DNA from: a virus
Lineage: Duplodnaviria > Caudoviricetes
Direction: 5' to 3' (one strand)
IMG/VR virus record: IMGVR_UViG_3300020045_005836
Coordinates: 1 to 54,677 of that record
DNA length: 54,677 nt
Positions within the stretch are counted from its first letter, which is position 1, and every line of letters starts with the position of its first letter. This document shows, piece by piece, positions 1 to 8,092 of this stretch. The notes under the pieces were generated by a model, which saw nothing but the letters and a program-made list of their open reading frames with translations, did no database searches and was not told the DNA's origin. The position numbers and the translations under genes are program-made.

Positions 1-122
1 GATGATATAAACAAGTCACGTTTATCAGTCGTATTCCGTTTCCCAGATCCGTAGTGTTCGATGAGTTCAGCTTTGTCGTCTACGCTAACAATAACATGGC
101 AACCGAGTGTGGATGGAGATAT
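1..122 (-). other. inverted fragment of a prim-pol (primase-polymerase) domain, probable chimeric contig end
   Basis: The minus strand reads ISPSTLGCHVIVSVDDKAELIEHYGSGKRNTTDKRDLFIS, resembling the prim-pol ExSPSGxGxH motif. All three + frames have stops here. Confidence 0.5.
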
Positions 123-474
123 GATAAATACGAAAGCGTTTTGTTTTGCTGATGACTCATTAGCAGATGAGCTGGATGAGACATTTGATGCCGGCGCCCC
201 AGTTACTATGTGGAAAAAAATGACGGTCGCCAATATCCGCGCGGTCCTCGGTCTTTCCTCTGGTCGAACAGGCAACGATAAGGTGTCTCGCTCACTCAAA
301 CAGACTATCATCGCCTGGCGTAACCAGATACCTAACGCGCCACCTCCTGAGAAACAATCGCATGCCAGAGGTGCAGTGTTCTACTGGATGCCGCCTCTAA
401 GAGCTCAATCATTTCCTGATGTAGCATTTGACATGGCCAAGGAAAGAGATGAGGCTTCCCCACCGGTTCAATAG
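123..474 (+). CDS. 3' fragment of a probable primase/helicase gene, truncated by the contig end
   Basis: Open frame to TAG at 472-474. No primase is found elsewhere in the replication module. The ATG at 61 lies in what appears to be an inverted chimeric segment. Confidence 0.4.
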
Positions 475-487
475 GCCGTCCTCTACC

Positions 488-551
488 AATTTCATTTTTG
501 GAAAATAAAATATTTACTTTTGCATCTTAATGATTTATAATTAATTATAAA
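488..551 (+). promoter_or_regulatory. sigma70-type early promoter P1
   Basis: TTTACT (513-518), 17 nt, TATAAT (536-541), with an A/T-rich UP element. Near-identical to P2. Confidence 0.85.
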
Positions 552-594
552 CAGGAAAACAGTTTATTAATAATTAACTTCAGGTACAACAAAG

Positions 595-981
595 ATGAAA
601 AAAGTAAGATTTGAAAGACCTAAAAAACAACCTCTTGTATATTGGTCAGATAGACTCTGTCGCGGGTATTTAAAATCTCGCGACGAGTTTCATACAACAA
701 CACCACAGTTCAACGTGCGTGTCATCATTTGGCATATGCAACTCGACCAAGATAAAACACGGTCCATAGTCGCACTTGACATTACAAGTATACTGGACCC
801 TACCTCACTTAACTCTAAGTCTCTGCTATCTACACCACTTGGGTATATTTGTCCAAGGTGTAAGACGAATGAGTTCATTCATTCACAGCTAGACTTCTAT
901 CCAATTAGTTTCAAAGATGCGGCACGCTTTAACCGCGCTGACTATGGTGTGTATTGTCGATGCTGTGGCACATTATCTTAA
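595..981 (+). CDS. hypothetical protein with C-terminal Zn-ribbon-like motifs
   Basis: First ORF after P1; CPRC and CRCC motifs. Confidence 0.6.
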   Translation: MKKVRFERPKKQPLVYWSDRLCRGYLKSRDEFHTTTPQFNVRVIIWHMQLDQDKTRSIVALDITSILDPTSLNSKSLLSTPLGYICPRCKTNEFIHSQLDFYPISFKDAARFNRADYGVYCRCCGTLS

Positions 982-991
982 AGGAGGCCCT

Positions 992-1252
992 ATGTGTAAT
1001 TGTAAAGCAAATAAATCAAAGCTGTTCATCGATGCCTCTGTCAAAGAGGACTATATCACTACTATCACGCGTTACTATGGTTGCGCAAACTGTGGTGAGC
1101 CTCAAAGCCCTATTGAGAAACGCTATGTGCCCTGTGACAAAAAGAAACCTGCTCCATTCGTCGGTTACACGCCTGCGAGAGATGGTAAGATGATGGAACA
1201 GGACTGCGGCGACGGTGCATATTTTCGCGCTGAGTACGCCGAGATCAACTAA
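992..1252 (+). CDS. hypothetical protein (Cys-containing)
   Basis: AGGAGG SD before ATG 992, in the frame of track ORF 917..1252. Confidence 0.65.
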   Translation: MCNCKANKSKLFIDASVKEDYITTITRYYGCANCGEPQSPIEKRYVPCDKKKPAPFVGYTPARDGKMMEQDCGDGAYFRAEYAEIN

Positions 1253-1266
1253 GCGAGGACTACAAA

Positions 1267-2025
1267 ATGAGATATGAGTCTAGTAAAACAGAAAAAGGAA
1301 ATATAGGTATTAGCTATGAGTCACAGGAACTTGCTGATGCACAGGCTAAACAGATGGACGACGCGAACTGCACGAACTGCGTGGACTGCAGGAGCTGCAT
1401 AAACTGCACGAACTGCAGGGACTGCAGGGACTGCGAGGACTGCTGGAACTGCAGGGACTGCTGGAACTGCAGGGACTGCTGGAGCTGCGTGAACTGCATA
1501 AACTGCGTGGACTGCAGGAACTGCAGGAACTGCAGGGACTGCGAGGACTGCAGGGACTGCAGGGACTGCAGGAGCTGCGAGTACTGCAGGAACTGTATGG
1601 ACTGCACGAACTGTGAGAACTGCATAAACTGCATAAACTGCATAAACTGCATAAACTGCGTGAACTGCATAAACTGCGTGAACTGCAGGAACTGCAGGGA
1701 CTGCAGTTCCTGCAGGAACTGTATGGACTGCACGAACTGTGAGAACTGTGAGAACTGTAGGAACTGCACGGATTTTGCATTAAACCCGTCAAGGTACGTT
1801 ATATCACACATTGGAAGTAGAAATGCTAGCACCACTGTATATTGGTACAATAACAACGTACAGGTTGTATGCGGGTGTTTCAGGGGTGACCTTAAGGCTT
1901 TTGGAAAGGCTGTTGCTAAAAAGCACAAAGGCACTGTGTACTATAACCAGTATAAACTCCTGATCAAAACAGTGCTGTATTTAATTGAACAAGAAGCAAA
2001 GTACCCACAAGGAGTACAAGGATGA
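1267..2025 (+). CDS. cysteine-repeat (x-Cys-x)n protein with a DUF5758-like C-terminal domain
   Basis: Cys at every third residue over 135 aa. The C-terminal IGSRN..TT...VCGCFRG.L..F..AV..KH motif is of the type found after pentapeptide/hexapeptide repeats in phage proteins. Confidence 0.8.
   Translation: MRYESSKTEKGNIGISYESQELADAQAKQMDDANCTNCVDCRSCINCTNCRDCRDCEDCWNCRDCWNCRDCWSCVNCINCVDCRNCRNCRDCEDCRDCRDCRSCEYCRNCMDCTNCENCINCINCINCINCVNCINCVNCRNCRDCSSCRNCMDCTNCENCENCRNCTDFALNPSRYVISHIGSRNASTTVYWYNNNVQVVCGCFRGDLKAFGKAVAKKHKGTVYYNQYKLLIKTVLYLIEQEAKYPQGVQG
1366..1770 (+). repeat. tandem 9-bp coding repeat (consensus RACTGCNNN), 45 units
   Basis: Directly visible aactgc/gactgc units every 9 nt. 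Confidence 0.95.
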
Positions 2026-2696
2026 AAAAATTATCAGTGCAACAATTGAATGAGTTAGCAGAAAACGTTCAAGCAATATCGAGCTTCATCGATACTGTTA
2101 GAATTAACAACAAAGGCTATGGATATTGGGATCAAGTGCAGCAGTACAGGCTGGCTATACCCTACGATTTACCAAGGTACTGGAAGCAGTACGTCATTGA
2201 CTACAAGCTTCAGATACCGCGCAACATGATCTGTATGTTCTCATACAACCAAGTCTTTATCTATGCCATGAGGAATCCTACTTGGTTCCTCAGCACCTAC
2301 ATCGTATCCGCGCCAATGCAAAAAGGCATAATTATGGCAAGTATATTCCTGAATAGACCTCTTAAGATACATCATACCACACCCAAGTATGCAAATATAC
2401 GGCGGCTTGTTAGTATATGCCATAAAGTCAAACGAGAATATCAAAAAAAATTCTGGCCAGAAGGATATACAAATATGAGATCAAACATCATTGCGGCAAC
2501 ACTCGATGACTGTACAGAAGAAGTAACTGTAGTTACACAATGCCCATTCTGTAAGGTTGAACAAACTGTCATCGCGCCGGTCGATGGCTTTCGAATGTGG
2601 ACAGGTGGTGCCTTAATTCAAAAAGCGCTTCCACACCTATCTCCGTCAGAACGTGAAGCTTTGATGACTGGCATCTGTGACACCTGCTTCCCTTAA
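2022..2696 (+). CDS. hypothetical protein with a C-terminal CPFC...CDTC Zn-binding module and possible internal start at 2475
   Basis: ATGA overlap with the upstream gene; internal AAGGA..ATG. Confidence 0.6.
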   Translation: MKKLSVQQLNELAENVQAISSFIDTVRINNKGYGYWDQVQQYRLAIPYDLPRYWKQYVIDYKLQIPRNMICMFSYNQVFIYAMRNPTWFLSTYIVSAPMQKGIIMASIFLNRPLKIHHTTPKYANIRRLVSICHKVKREYQKKFWPEGYTNMRSNIIAATLDDCTEEVTVVTQCPFCKVEQTVIAPVDGFRMWTGGALIQKALPHLSPSEREALMTGICDTCFP

Positions 2697-2721
2697 TAAC
2701 TCAACCACGAGGACTACAAGT

Positions 2722-3057
2722 ATGAAAAAGCAAGTCTCTGAGCAAAGCATGTTAGACTCTAACACTGTGTATTCAAATGTAAAGTCACACTTTAAGCCAA
2801 CCAGAAAACCTGGTTTTGGCCTCGTTGTGAAATACCCTTTCGATTTACGTGTAAGCACGGAGTCAAAATGCTCAATTGATCCACTATCACGCTGGGTGGC
2901 ATACGTTAACAATGCAGGCACCTTATGCCACGTTGTTAGTCCTGAGTCTGAGATACTTATTCGCTTGTCTTTCAAAAAGTATCCAATCAAAAACTTATCT
3001 CGTCAGTATATGCGTATCGCAATCGTAGCACGTATAGAGGACTGGGTGAAGCTATGA
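2722..3057 (+). CDS. hypothetical protein
   Basis: GAGGA SD before ATG 2722; ATGA coupling with the next gene. Confidence 0.6.
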   Translation: MKKQVSEQSMLDSNTVYSNVKSHFKPTRKPGFGLVVKYPFDLRVSTESKCSIDPLSRWVAYVNNAGTLCHVVSPESEILIRLSFKKYPIKNLSRQYMRIAIVARIEDWVKL

Positions 3058-3383
3058 AGCTGTGGATGGCGTGCCTCAAGGTTCCAACAGGTCGATATAG
3101 CCCTGTCTTTGTATCTAAAGATAAACGTAAGGTTATGGCCAAAGCACAAGAAACTGCGGTGCTACATCGTCGTGATTGCTATGTCAAGCCTTATATTAAA
3201 GGTGACCATAAGTGCAGCTCTACACAAGTTGTATATCGTGGGGTAAACATTTGGGGCTGGGAAACCTGGCAATGTAGCCTTTGCAAAGAGGAGAGACAAG
3301 TACCGCATTTTATTACTGGTGCACGAATAACAGCTACAATCAGCGATTTTGTACATCGCCGGCCACCTTTCACGGAGGAATAA
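3054..3383 (+). CDS. hypothetical protein
   Basis: Coupled ORF with SD GGTGA and a CSLC motif. Confidence 0.6.
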   Translation: MKLWMACLKVPTGRYSPVFVSKDKRKVMAKAQETAVLHRRDCYVKPYIKGDHKCSSTQVVYRGVNIWGWETWQCSLCKEERQVPHFITGARITATISDFVHRRPPFTEE

Positions 3384-3628
3384 TGGGACAGCTAGCCAAC
3401 ATAAATAGATCACGAGACTTGTACCCTATTTTAACTCAGTCTGAGTTTATATCAGGTATATGGTATGACTTTGAGCGTGATACTATTGCGTTACACTCAG
3501 ACAATAAAAAGGCCGCCCTTAGCATTATACAATACGCTGAAGAGCATGGGTACTCATTAATTATATCAATGGGAGAATATGATGGCTTTGACAACAAAGA
3601 GCAAAATCATTTCCAGCTCTGGCGGTAA
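3383..3628 (+). CDS. hypothetical protein
   Basis: GGAGG SD; TAATG overlap. Confidence 0.6.
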   Translation: MGQLANINRSRDLYPILTQSEFISGIWYDFERDTIALHSDNKKAALSIIQYAEEHGYSLIISMGEYDGFDNKEQNHFQLWR

Positions 3629-3800
3629 AGCGCTGCTTATAATTCTTCTGGCCATCGGCTTTGGAGCATTTGTGTGGCTTACAGAGCATAACAAACCACC
3701 ACAGCCACAAAAATTTAAGTATATGGTACATTGCTCAGAGTCTGTACGAGTAGAGTACATTGCGACTAAACAGTTACCAGTTACGGAGGTGTGTAAATGA
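3579..3800 (+). CDS. small membrane protein
   Basis: Single hydrophobic segment (ALLIILLAIGFGAFVWL); GGGAG SD. Confidence 0.6.
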   Translation: MMALTTKSKIISSSGGKALLIILLAIGFGAFVWLTEHNKPPQPQKFKYMVHCSESVRVEYIATKQLPVTEVCK

Positions 3801-4012
3801 TTCAAGTCAATGTTTTACACGGCGGTAAGCTAGGGGCTCAGTTGACTGTGGCCGCTAATGCTGAAAGAGGCGACGAGACTATAGTTACGTATATGCCACT
3901 ATCACACTTTGACGGAACGGCCAAGATGACTGTGCGTACGTATAAAAACGCTGACGAAACCATGTTTCTTAACACTTTACTCAAAGACCTTGAAGCCTTA
4001 ACCGACTTATAG
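3797..4012 (+). CDS. hypothetical protein
   Basis: GGAGGT SD; ATGA overlap. Confidence 0.6.
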   Translation: MIQVNVLHGGKLGAQLTVAANAERGDETIVTYMPLSHFDGTAKMTVRTYKNADETMFLNTLLKDLEALTDL

Positions 4013-4020
4013 GAGGCCTT

Positions 4021-4170
4021 ATGAACGGCACAGTTTGTTTTTTAACAGGCTTACTTATGGCACTACTGCTAGCTCTATCATGGTACCACGAAGACGTATC
4101 GAAGAGTATGACTGACTTTCAAGCGTACACAAAAGAAATCACGATGCCAAAAGAAATCCAAAATTTTTAA
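4021..4170 (+). CDS. small hydrophobic protein (49 aa, not in ORF track)
   Basis: AGGAGG SD; MNGTVCFLTGLLMALLLALSW...QNF*. Confidence 0.6.
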   Translation: MNGTVCFLTGLLMALLLALSWYHEDVSKSMTDFQAYTKEITMPKEIQNF

Positions 4171-4232
4171 TTTCAATTTTGGAAAATAAGGATTTTACTT
4201 TTGCGTAAAACTGGTGTATAATTAATTATAAA
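4169..4232 (+). promoter_or_regulatory. sigma70-type promoter P2
   Basis: TTTACT (4194-4199), 17 nt, TATAAT (4217-4222); shares flanks with P1. Confidence 0.85.
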
Positions 4233-4268
4233 GAGTGAGAAACAATTCCAATAACTAAGGAGGAAAGT

Positions 4269-4793
4269 ATGAGCTTTATAATAGGTAATGTAGAAATTGT
4301 TGACCAAGAAGAAGTTGAAGAAACTGTATCTGCTGTGACTATACCGTTTGGAGGCACGTGTAAATTTCGGCTCCAGCATCATCGACCGGCCTCTCAGTAC
4401 ATGCGAGTAAATGTAACTGCTTTTGAATACCCATGCAAGTCAACAGTTTTCCTTGTGTCATTGCAAAGCGGGCAGCTGCACGGAGTAGACCCTAATTATC
4501 AAGTTATACCAGAAGATCAGGGCCTACTCATCATTCCACCTATTGAGGTCTCCAAGCTTCATTATGGTGTGTACTGCACTTTTCAAGGTAGCTACTACAT
4601 TAAGCTAAACAAGGATCATATCGGTGACGGAATAACGATTCTCTGGAATAAGGGCTCGAGTGTCTTATTAAACTTGAAAACTGGGTCCCTGCGAGCACTT
4701 CCACGGCACGCAATGGTTCAGCCGTGCGTCGCTAGTATTGGTATGCGCAAGGCTACTAATCGAGAGCTGCGTGAGTCTTTACGTAGACCCTGA
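4269..4793 (+). CDS. hypothetical protein
   Basis: AAGGAGG SD; first ORF after P2. Confidence 0.7.
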   Translation: MSFIIGNVEIVDQEEVEETVSAVTIPFGGTCKFRLQHHRPASQYMRVNVTAFEYPCKSTVFLVSLQSGQLHGVDPNYQVIPEDQGLLIIPPIEVSKLHYGVYCTFQGSYYIKLNKDHIGDGITILWNKGSSVLLNLKTGSLRALPRHAMVQPCVASIGMRKATNRELRESLRRP

Positions 4794-4828
4794 AACCGCG
4801 TAGTTAAACTTTACTACAAGGAGAACAT

Positions 4829-5377
4829 ATGTTCAGAATTGAATCGTTGTTTCATCATAACGGGTACAAATGCGTCGTAATATTTACTGGCATGGGTACC
4901 CGTTGTGGTTACGTTGCGGTATTACCGGGGCATCCGCTCTTTGGTGTACCATACGACCATGACCTCAAGTCAGCTGAGCTCTTACAAGAGCTTAAAGGCT
5001 CAACCATCGGGAAGCGTGGTATAATAGAGGCGTTTATGTGGGACAGGGAGTCGACTCGGCTATCCACTATCATCAACGTACATGGAAGCCTCACGTACTC
5101 TTCTTCTACAACAACAGGCAGGTACCCAACACTGCATGTCGACGAGGAGTGGTACTTTGGTTTTGACTGTGGACACCTTGGTGACGGTAAAGATCCTAGG
5201 CTCGTTGAAAAATACTTTGGCCAAGATCGCGACGGGTCTTCTGCCCACTGGAATTTCCTTGATTCTGGTCCATGCCGTTCCAAAGAATACGTAGAACAGG
5301 AGTGCCGCAATTTAGCGGACCAACTTGAGTGCATCAAGGACATCCTTGTTGAGACTCGAGTGCAAATAGAAGAGTAA
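4829..5377 (+). CDS. conserved phage protein of unknown function
   Basis: CGYV...HGSLTY...WYFGFDCGH motif pattern, familiar from phage hypotheticals; AAGGAG SD. Confidence 0.7.
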   Translation: MFRIESLFHHNGYKCVVIFTGMGTRCGYVAVLPGHPLFGVPYDHDLKSAELLQELKGSTIGKRGIIEAFMWDRESTRLSTIINVHGSLTYSSSTTTGRYPTLHVDEEWYFGFDCGHLGDGKDPRLVEKYFGQDRDGSSAHWNFLDSGPCRSKEYVEQECRNLADQLECIKDILVETRVQIEE

Positions 5378-5413
5378 GATAACTTTCACCATTAAAACTT
5401 TACTACAAGGACT

Positions 5414-6250
5414 ATGAAAATGAAAAAGATTATTTGTGCAGCAGCTGTATCCCTAATCATCGCAAGTACCGTTAATGCCGAAACGCTCATCACAACCGGC
5501 GCAGGTGGTGGCAACTACTTCAAGACGGGTATCAATCTAGCCATGCTGATGGGAGACGGTACAAAAGCAATCGCTTCCAAAGGGTCGGTTGAAAACATTG
5601 AGCGGCTCCTTTCTGGTCAAGCACAGATTGGTTTCGTGCAGCCGGACGCCCTGGCGTGGTATATTGGCAAGCACCCGGAAGCTCAGCAGAAGCTTGAGGT
5701 GCTCGGTCCGCTGTATGAGGAATGCGTTTTCGTTGCTGTCAATAAAAGCGACGAAAGTAAGATCCGCAATGAGGACGACCTTCAGTCCAACAAAGGCGCA
5801 ATTGCAGTCGGCCCCAAAGGTTCAGGTTCTGCTGTGACTTGGGACTATATGACTCGGCTTGAGCCTGGGTACGGTAAAGCAAAGATTCAGTACACTGGTG
5901 GCGTACGTACAATTGCTCGACTTGCCACTTCTCTTGGTGAAGATATCAATGCGTATCTTTTTACTTCCAAGGCTGATCCCGGCAACAAGAACATCTCCAC
6001 TATCACCAATAACAAAAACCTTGAGCTTATCGACGTGGATGACTCTGACCTGAACGATAAGTTTCCAATGACGGGTAAACCAGTGTATTACTTCAAGTCA
6101 GTGCCTGTGACAAACGGGCTTTTCAAGACTAAGGTAAAGACCATCTGCATGGAAGCTCTTGTGATTGCTGCATCTGACACTGATGAAGCGGTCCTTGAAG
6201 AGGCCGCAGATCACCTGATGAACCATCGAGCGTCAGTCTTGGGTAACTAA
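5414..6250 (+). CDS. TAXI-family TRAP transporter solute-binding protein
   Basis: Signal peptide; TG..GGNY, GSVENI..L..G.AQIGFVQ.D, LYEE and G.KGSGS motifs. Confidence 0.85.
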   Translation: MKMKKIICAAAVSLIIASTVNAETLITTGAGGGNYFKTGINLAMLMGDGTKAIASKGSVENIERLLSGQAQIGFVQPDALAWYIGKHPEAQQKLEVLGPLYEECVFVAVNKSDESKIRNEDDLQSNKGAIAVGPKGSGSAVTWDYMTRLEPGYGKAKIQYTGGVRTIARLATSLGEDINAYLFTSKADPGNKNISTITNNKNLELIDVDDSDLNDKFPMTGKPVYYFKSVPVTNGLFKTKVKTICMEALVIAASDTDEAVLEEAADHLMNHRASVLGN

Positions 6251-6251
6251 T

Positions 6252-6554
6252 ATGCTACCGACAACAGACTTTAAGTGGAGGACTTCTGACGGTACATTCA
6301 TAAGTCCTTCACTTATGGAAACTAGGCACCTGTTTTTTACAATTCGCATGATATGGAACCATTCAGCGCCAGAAAACTTGAGAATTGAGCCGTATAAAAA
6401 GTATAACTTTAGCTCGTTTTATACTGCAGCATACTTCAAGCAAGCGCTCTGGTACTTGTTCGCTGAGCTTCAAACGCGAACTGGCTTGACTCCTTATTAC
6501 GAACAGTGCCTCAATAAAATGAAACAAGGAGTAGAACAATGTTCTTTGGAATAG
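6252..6554 (+). CDS. hypothetical protein
   Basis: ORF directly following the TAXI gene. Confidence 0.65.
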   Translation: MLPTTDFKWRTSDGTFISPSLMETRHLFFTIRMIWNHSAPENLRIEPYKKYNFSSFYTAAYFKQALWYLFAELQTRTGLTPYYEQCLNKMKQGVEQCSLE

Positions 6555-6658
6555 GATTGACTGTTGGCTTGATTGTAGGTTGGTTCCTTAGAGGCCGATC
6601 TCATGATGTTAAAACAAAACTTGATCCACGTAACTGGTTCAAAAAGGACGGAGAATAA
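6539..6658 (+). CDS. small membrane peptide (39 aa, not in ORF track)
   Basis: AAGGAG SD; MFFGIGLTVGLIVGWFLRG...; TAATG overlap with the next gene. Confidence 0.6.
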   Translation: MFFGIGLTVGLIVGWFLRGRSHDVKTKLDPRNWFKKDGE

Positions 6659-6867
6659 TGTCTACGCCGCGAGCAAAAAAAAACCCCTGGACACAAGAAG
6701 AGGAAGAAGATCTTATATACAAGCTCGCAGCATTGATTGATGTTTACTCTCTACAAGTAAAGCGTACCCCAGGTGCAATAGCGACCAAGATAAATAAGGT
6801 CCTAGATGGTACCGCTGTACACAAAGCTGTTAAAGAGATTAGGATCAACCAAAAATATTACTCATAA
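6658..6867 (+). CDS. small putative DNA-binding protein (Myb/HTH-like)
   Basis: PWTQEEEEDL...RTPGAI pattern. Confidence 0.5.
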   Translation: MSTPRAKKNPWTQEEEEDLIYKLAALIDVYSLQVKRTPGAIATKINKVLDGTAVHKAVKEIRINQKYYS

Positions 6868-6878
6868 AAGGAGGAGTA

Positions 6879-8084
6879 ATGCCAGAAGCAAAGCATGCTC
6901 GGTTTAGCCCGAGCAAACTACCACGTATTATTGCGTGCCCTGGGTCTGCACAACTTTGTGAAGAAATTGAGCACGAGCTTGGCTCAAGCACAGAGTCTTC
7001 GTATGCGCAGGAAGGAACATACTTGCACTCTATTACGGAGGACCATCTTACAAGAGACGCGTACGCAGTAGAAACTATTTTGGACAAGGACCCTGATGTT
7101 CATGCTGAGTATAAGTCCGCTGTTGAGACAATTCTCGACTTCGCATTCGGTTTGCGTGTTCAGCTAAAAGACTATGAAGACTACGTTGAGTATATCGAAG
7201 CCCGAGTATCCTGTGCCGGTTTTGAGGAGTTCGCGAAGTGTGATCTTCTCAACGAAGTTGAAGGCACAGTTGACTGGATGATCAAGTCTAATCGGACGTT
7301 ATACATTATCGACTGGAAATTTGGCAAAGGCGTTGTTGTCAGCCCCACTTCGGCACAGCTTCTCGGCTATGCCGCTGGTGGCCTTAAGAATCCAGAGTTT
7401 GCACGAAACTTTGACCGCGTTGTATGTATCATCGGTCAGCCTCGTGTAGGCGATGACTTCTTTAACTCAGTTACATACACTGTTGAAGAGGTTCTCAGAT
7501 GGGTCAAGCATGAACTATCACCAGCCCTGCAAGAGACAAAGGCTCGGCCACCGATTCTTCGTCCCTCGGTTGAAGCATGTCGCTGGTGCGCAGTAGGTGT
7601 ATCATGTAAAGCGAGGCATTCAATGGCACTTTCCTTGGCCGAAAGTGCTTTCAAAATCTATGCTGAGCTGCCTGACAGAGTATCTGTATCGGCTCTCAGT
7701 GAGTTTCTTGACCTGGCACCGAATCTTGATCAGTATATCAAGGACCTCACGAACTTCGCCTTTGAAACAATTCAAAAAGGCGGTATATTTCCCGGCTACA
7801 AGGTTGTACGTGGCCGAGCAAATCGTGTATGGGTTAATGAAGAAACCGCAAAAATCGCGCTTGAGGAACGCGGTTATGACGTCTCTGAGCTCTCAGAAGT
7901 TAAATTTTGGGGCCCAGCGAAAGTGGAAAAAGTATTGAAGAAAGCAGACAAGAAAGATGAGTCTTTCCTGCCGGCTCTTATAACAAAACCCGAGGGTAAA
8001 TTAACCCTGGCCAAGGAAGATGATGCTCGTGAAGCAGTGTCATTCAAAACGGCTGAGCAAATCTTTGCTGACTATGTAGAGTAG
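6879..8084 (+). CDS. DUF2800 family PD-(D/E)XK (Cas4-like) nuclease
   Basis: HARFSPS..R...CPGS, EGT..H, GTVD, IIDWKFGKG, QL..YA.G, CRWC and GYKVV.GR..R.W motifs. Confidence 0.9.
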   Translation: MPEAKHARFSPSKLPRIIACPGSAQLCEEIEHELGSSTESSYAQEGTYLHSITEDHLTRDAYAVETILDKDPDVHAEYKSAVETILDFAFGLRVQLKDYEDYVEYIEARVSCAGFEEFAKCDLLNEVEGTVDWMIKSNRTLYIIDWKFGKGVVVSPTSAQLLGYAAGGLKNPEFARNFDRVVCIIGQPRVGDDFFNSVTYTVEEVLRWVKHELSPALQETKARPPILRPSVEACRWCAVGVSCKARHSMALSLAESAFKIYAELPDRVSVSALSEFLDLAPNLDQYIKDLTNFAFETIQKGGIFPGYKVVRGRANRVWVNEETAKIALEERGYDVSELSEVKFWGPAKVEKVLKKADKKDESFLPALITKPEGKLTLAKEDDAREAVSFKTAEQIFADYVE

Positions 8085-8092
8085 GAGGACCT

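Noticed and set aside
1366-1770. CRISPR array or DGR template/variable repeat
   Set aside because: Short in-frame coding units with no spacers; no reverse transcriptase or cas operon in the window.
1314-1934. Antisense Q/S/C-rich ORFs over the 9-bp repeat
   Set aside because: Shadow frames of the repeat; the + frame has the SD, operon context and a recognisable C-terminal domain.
6879-8084. Cas4-like gene as evidence of a CRISPR system
   Set aside because: DUF2800 is a routine part of APSE-like replication modules.
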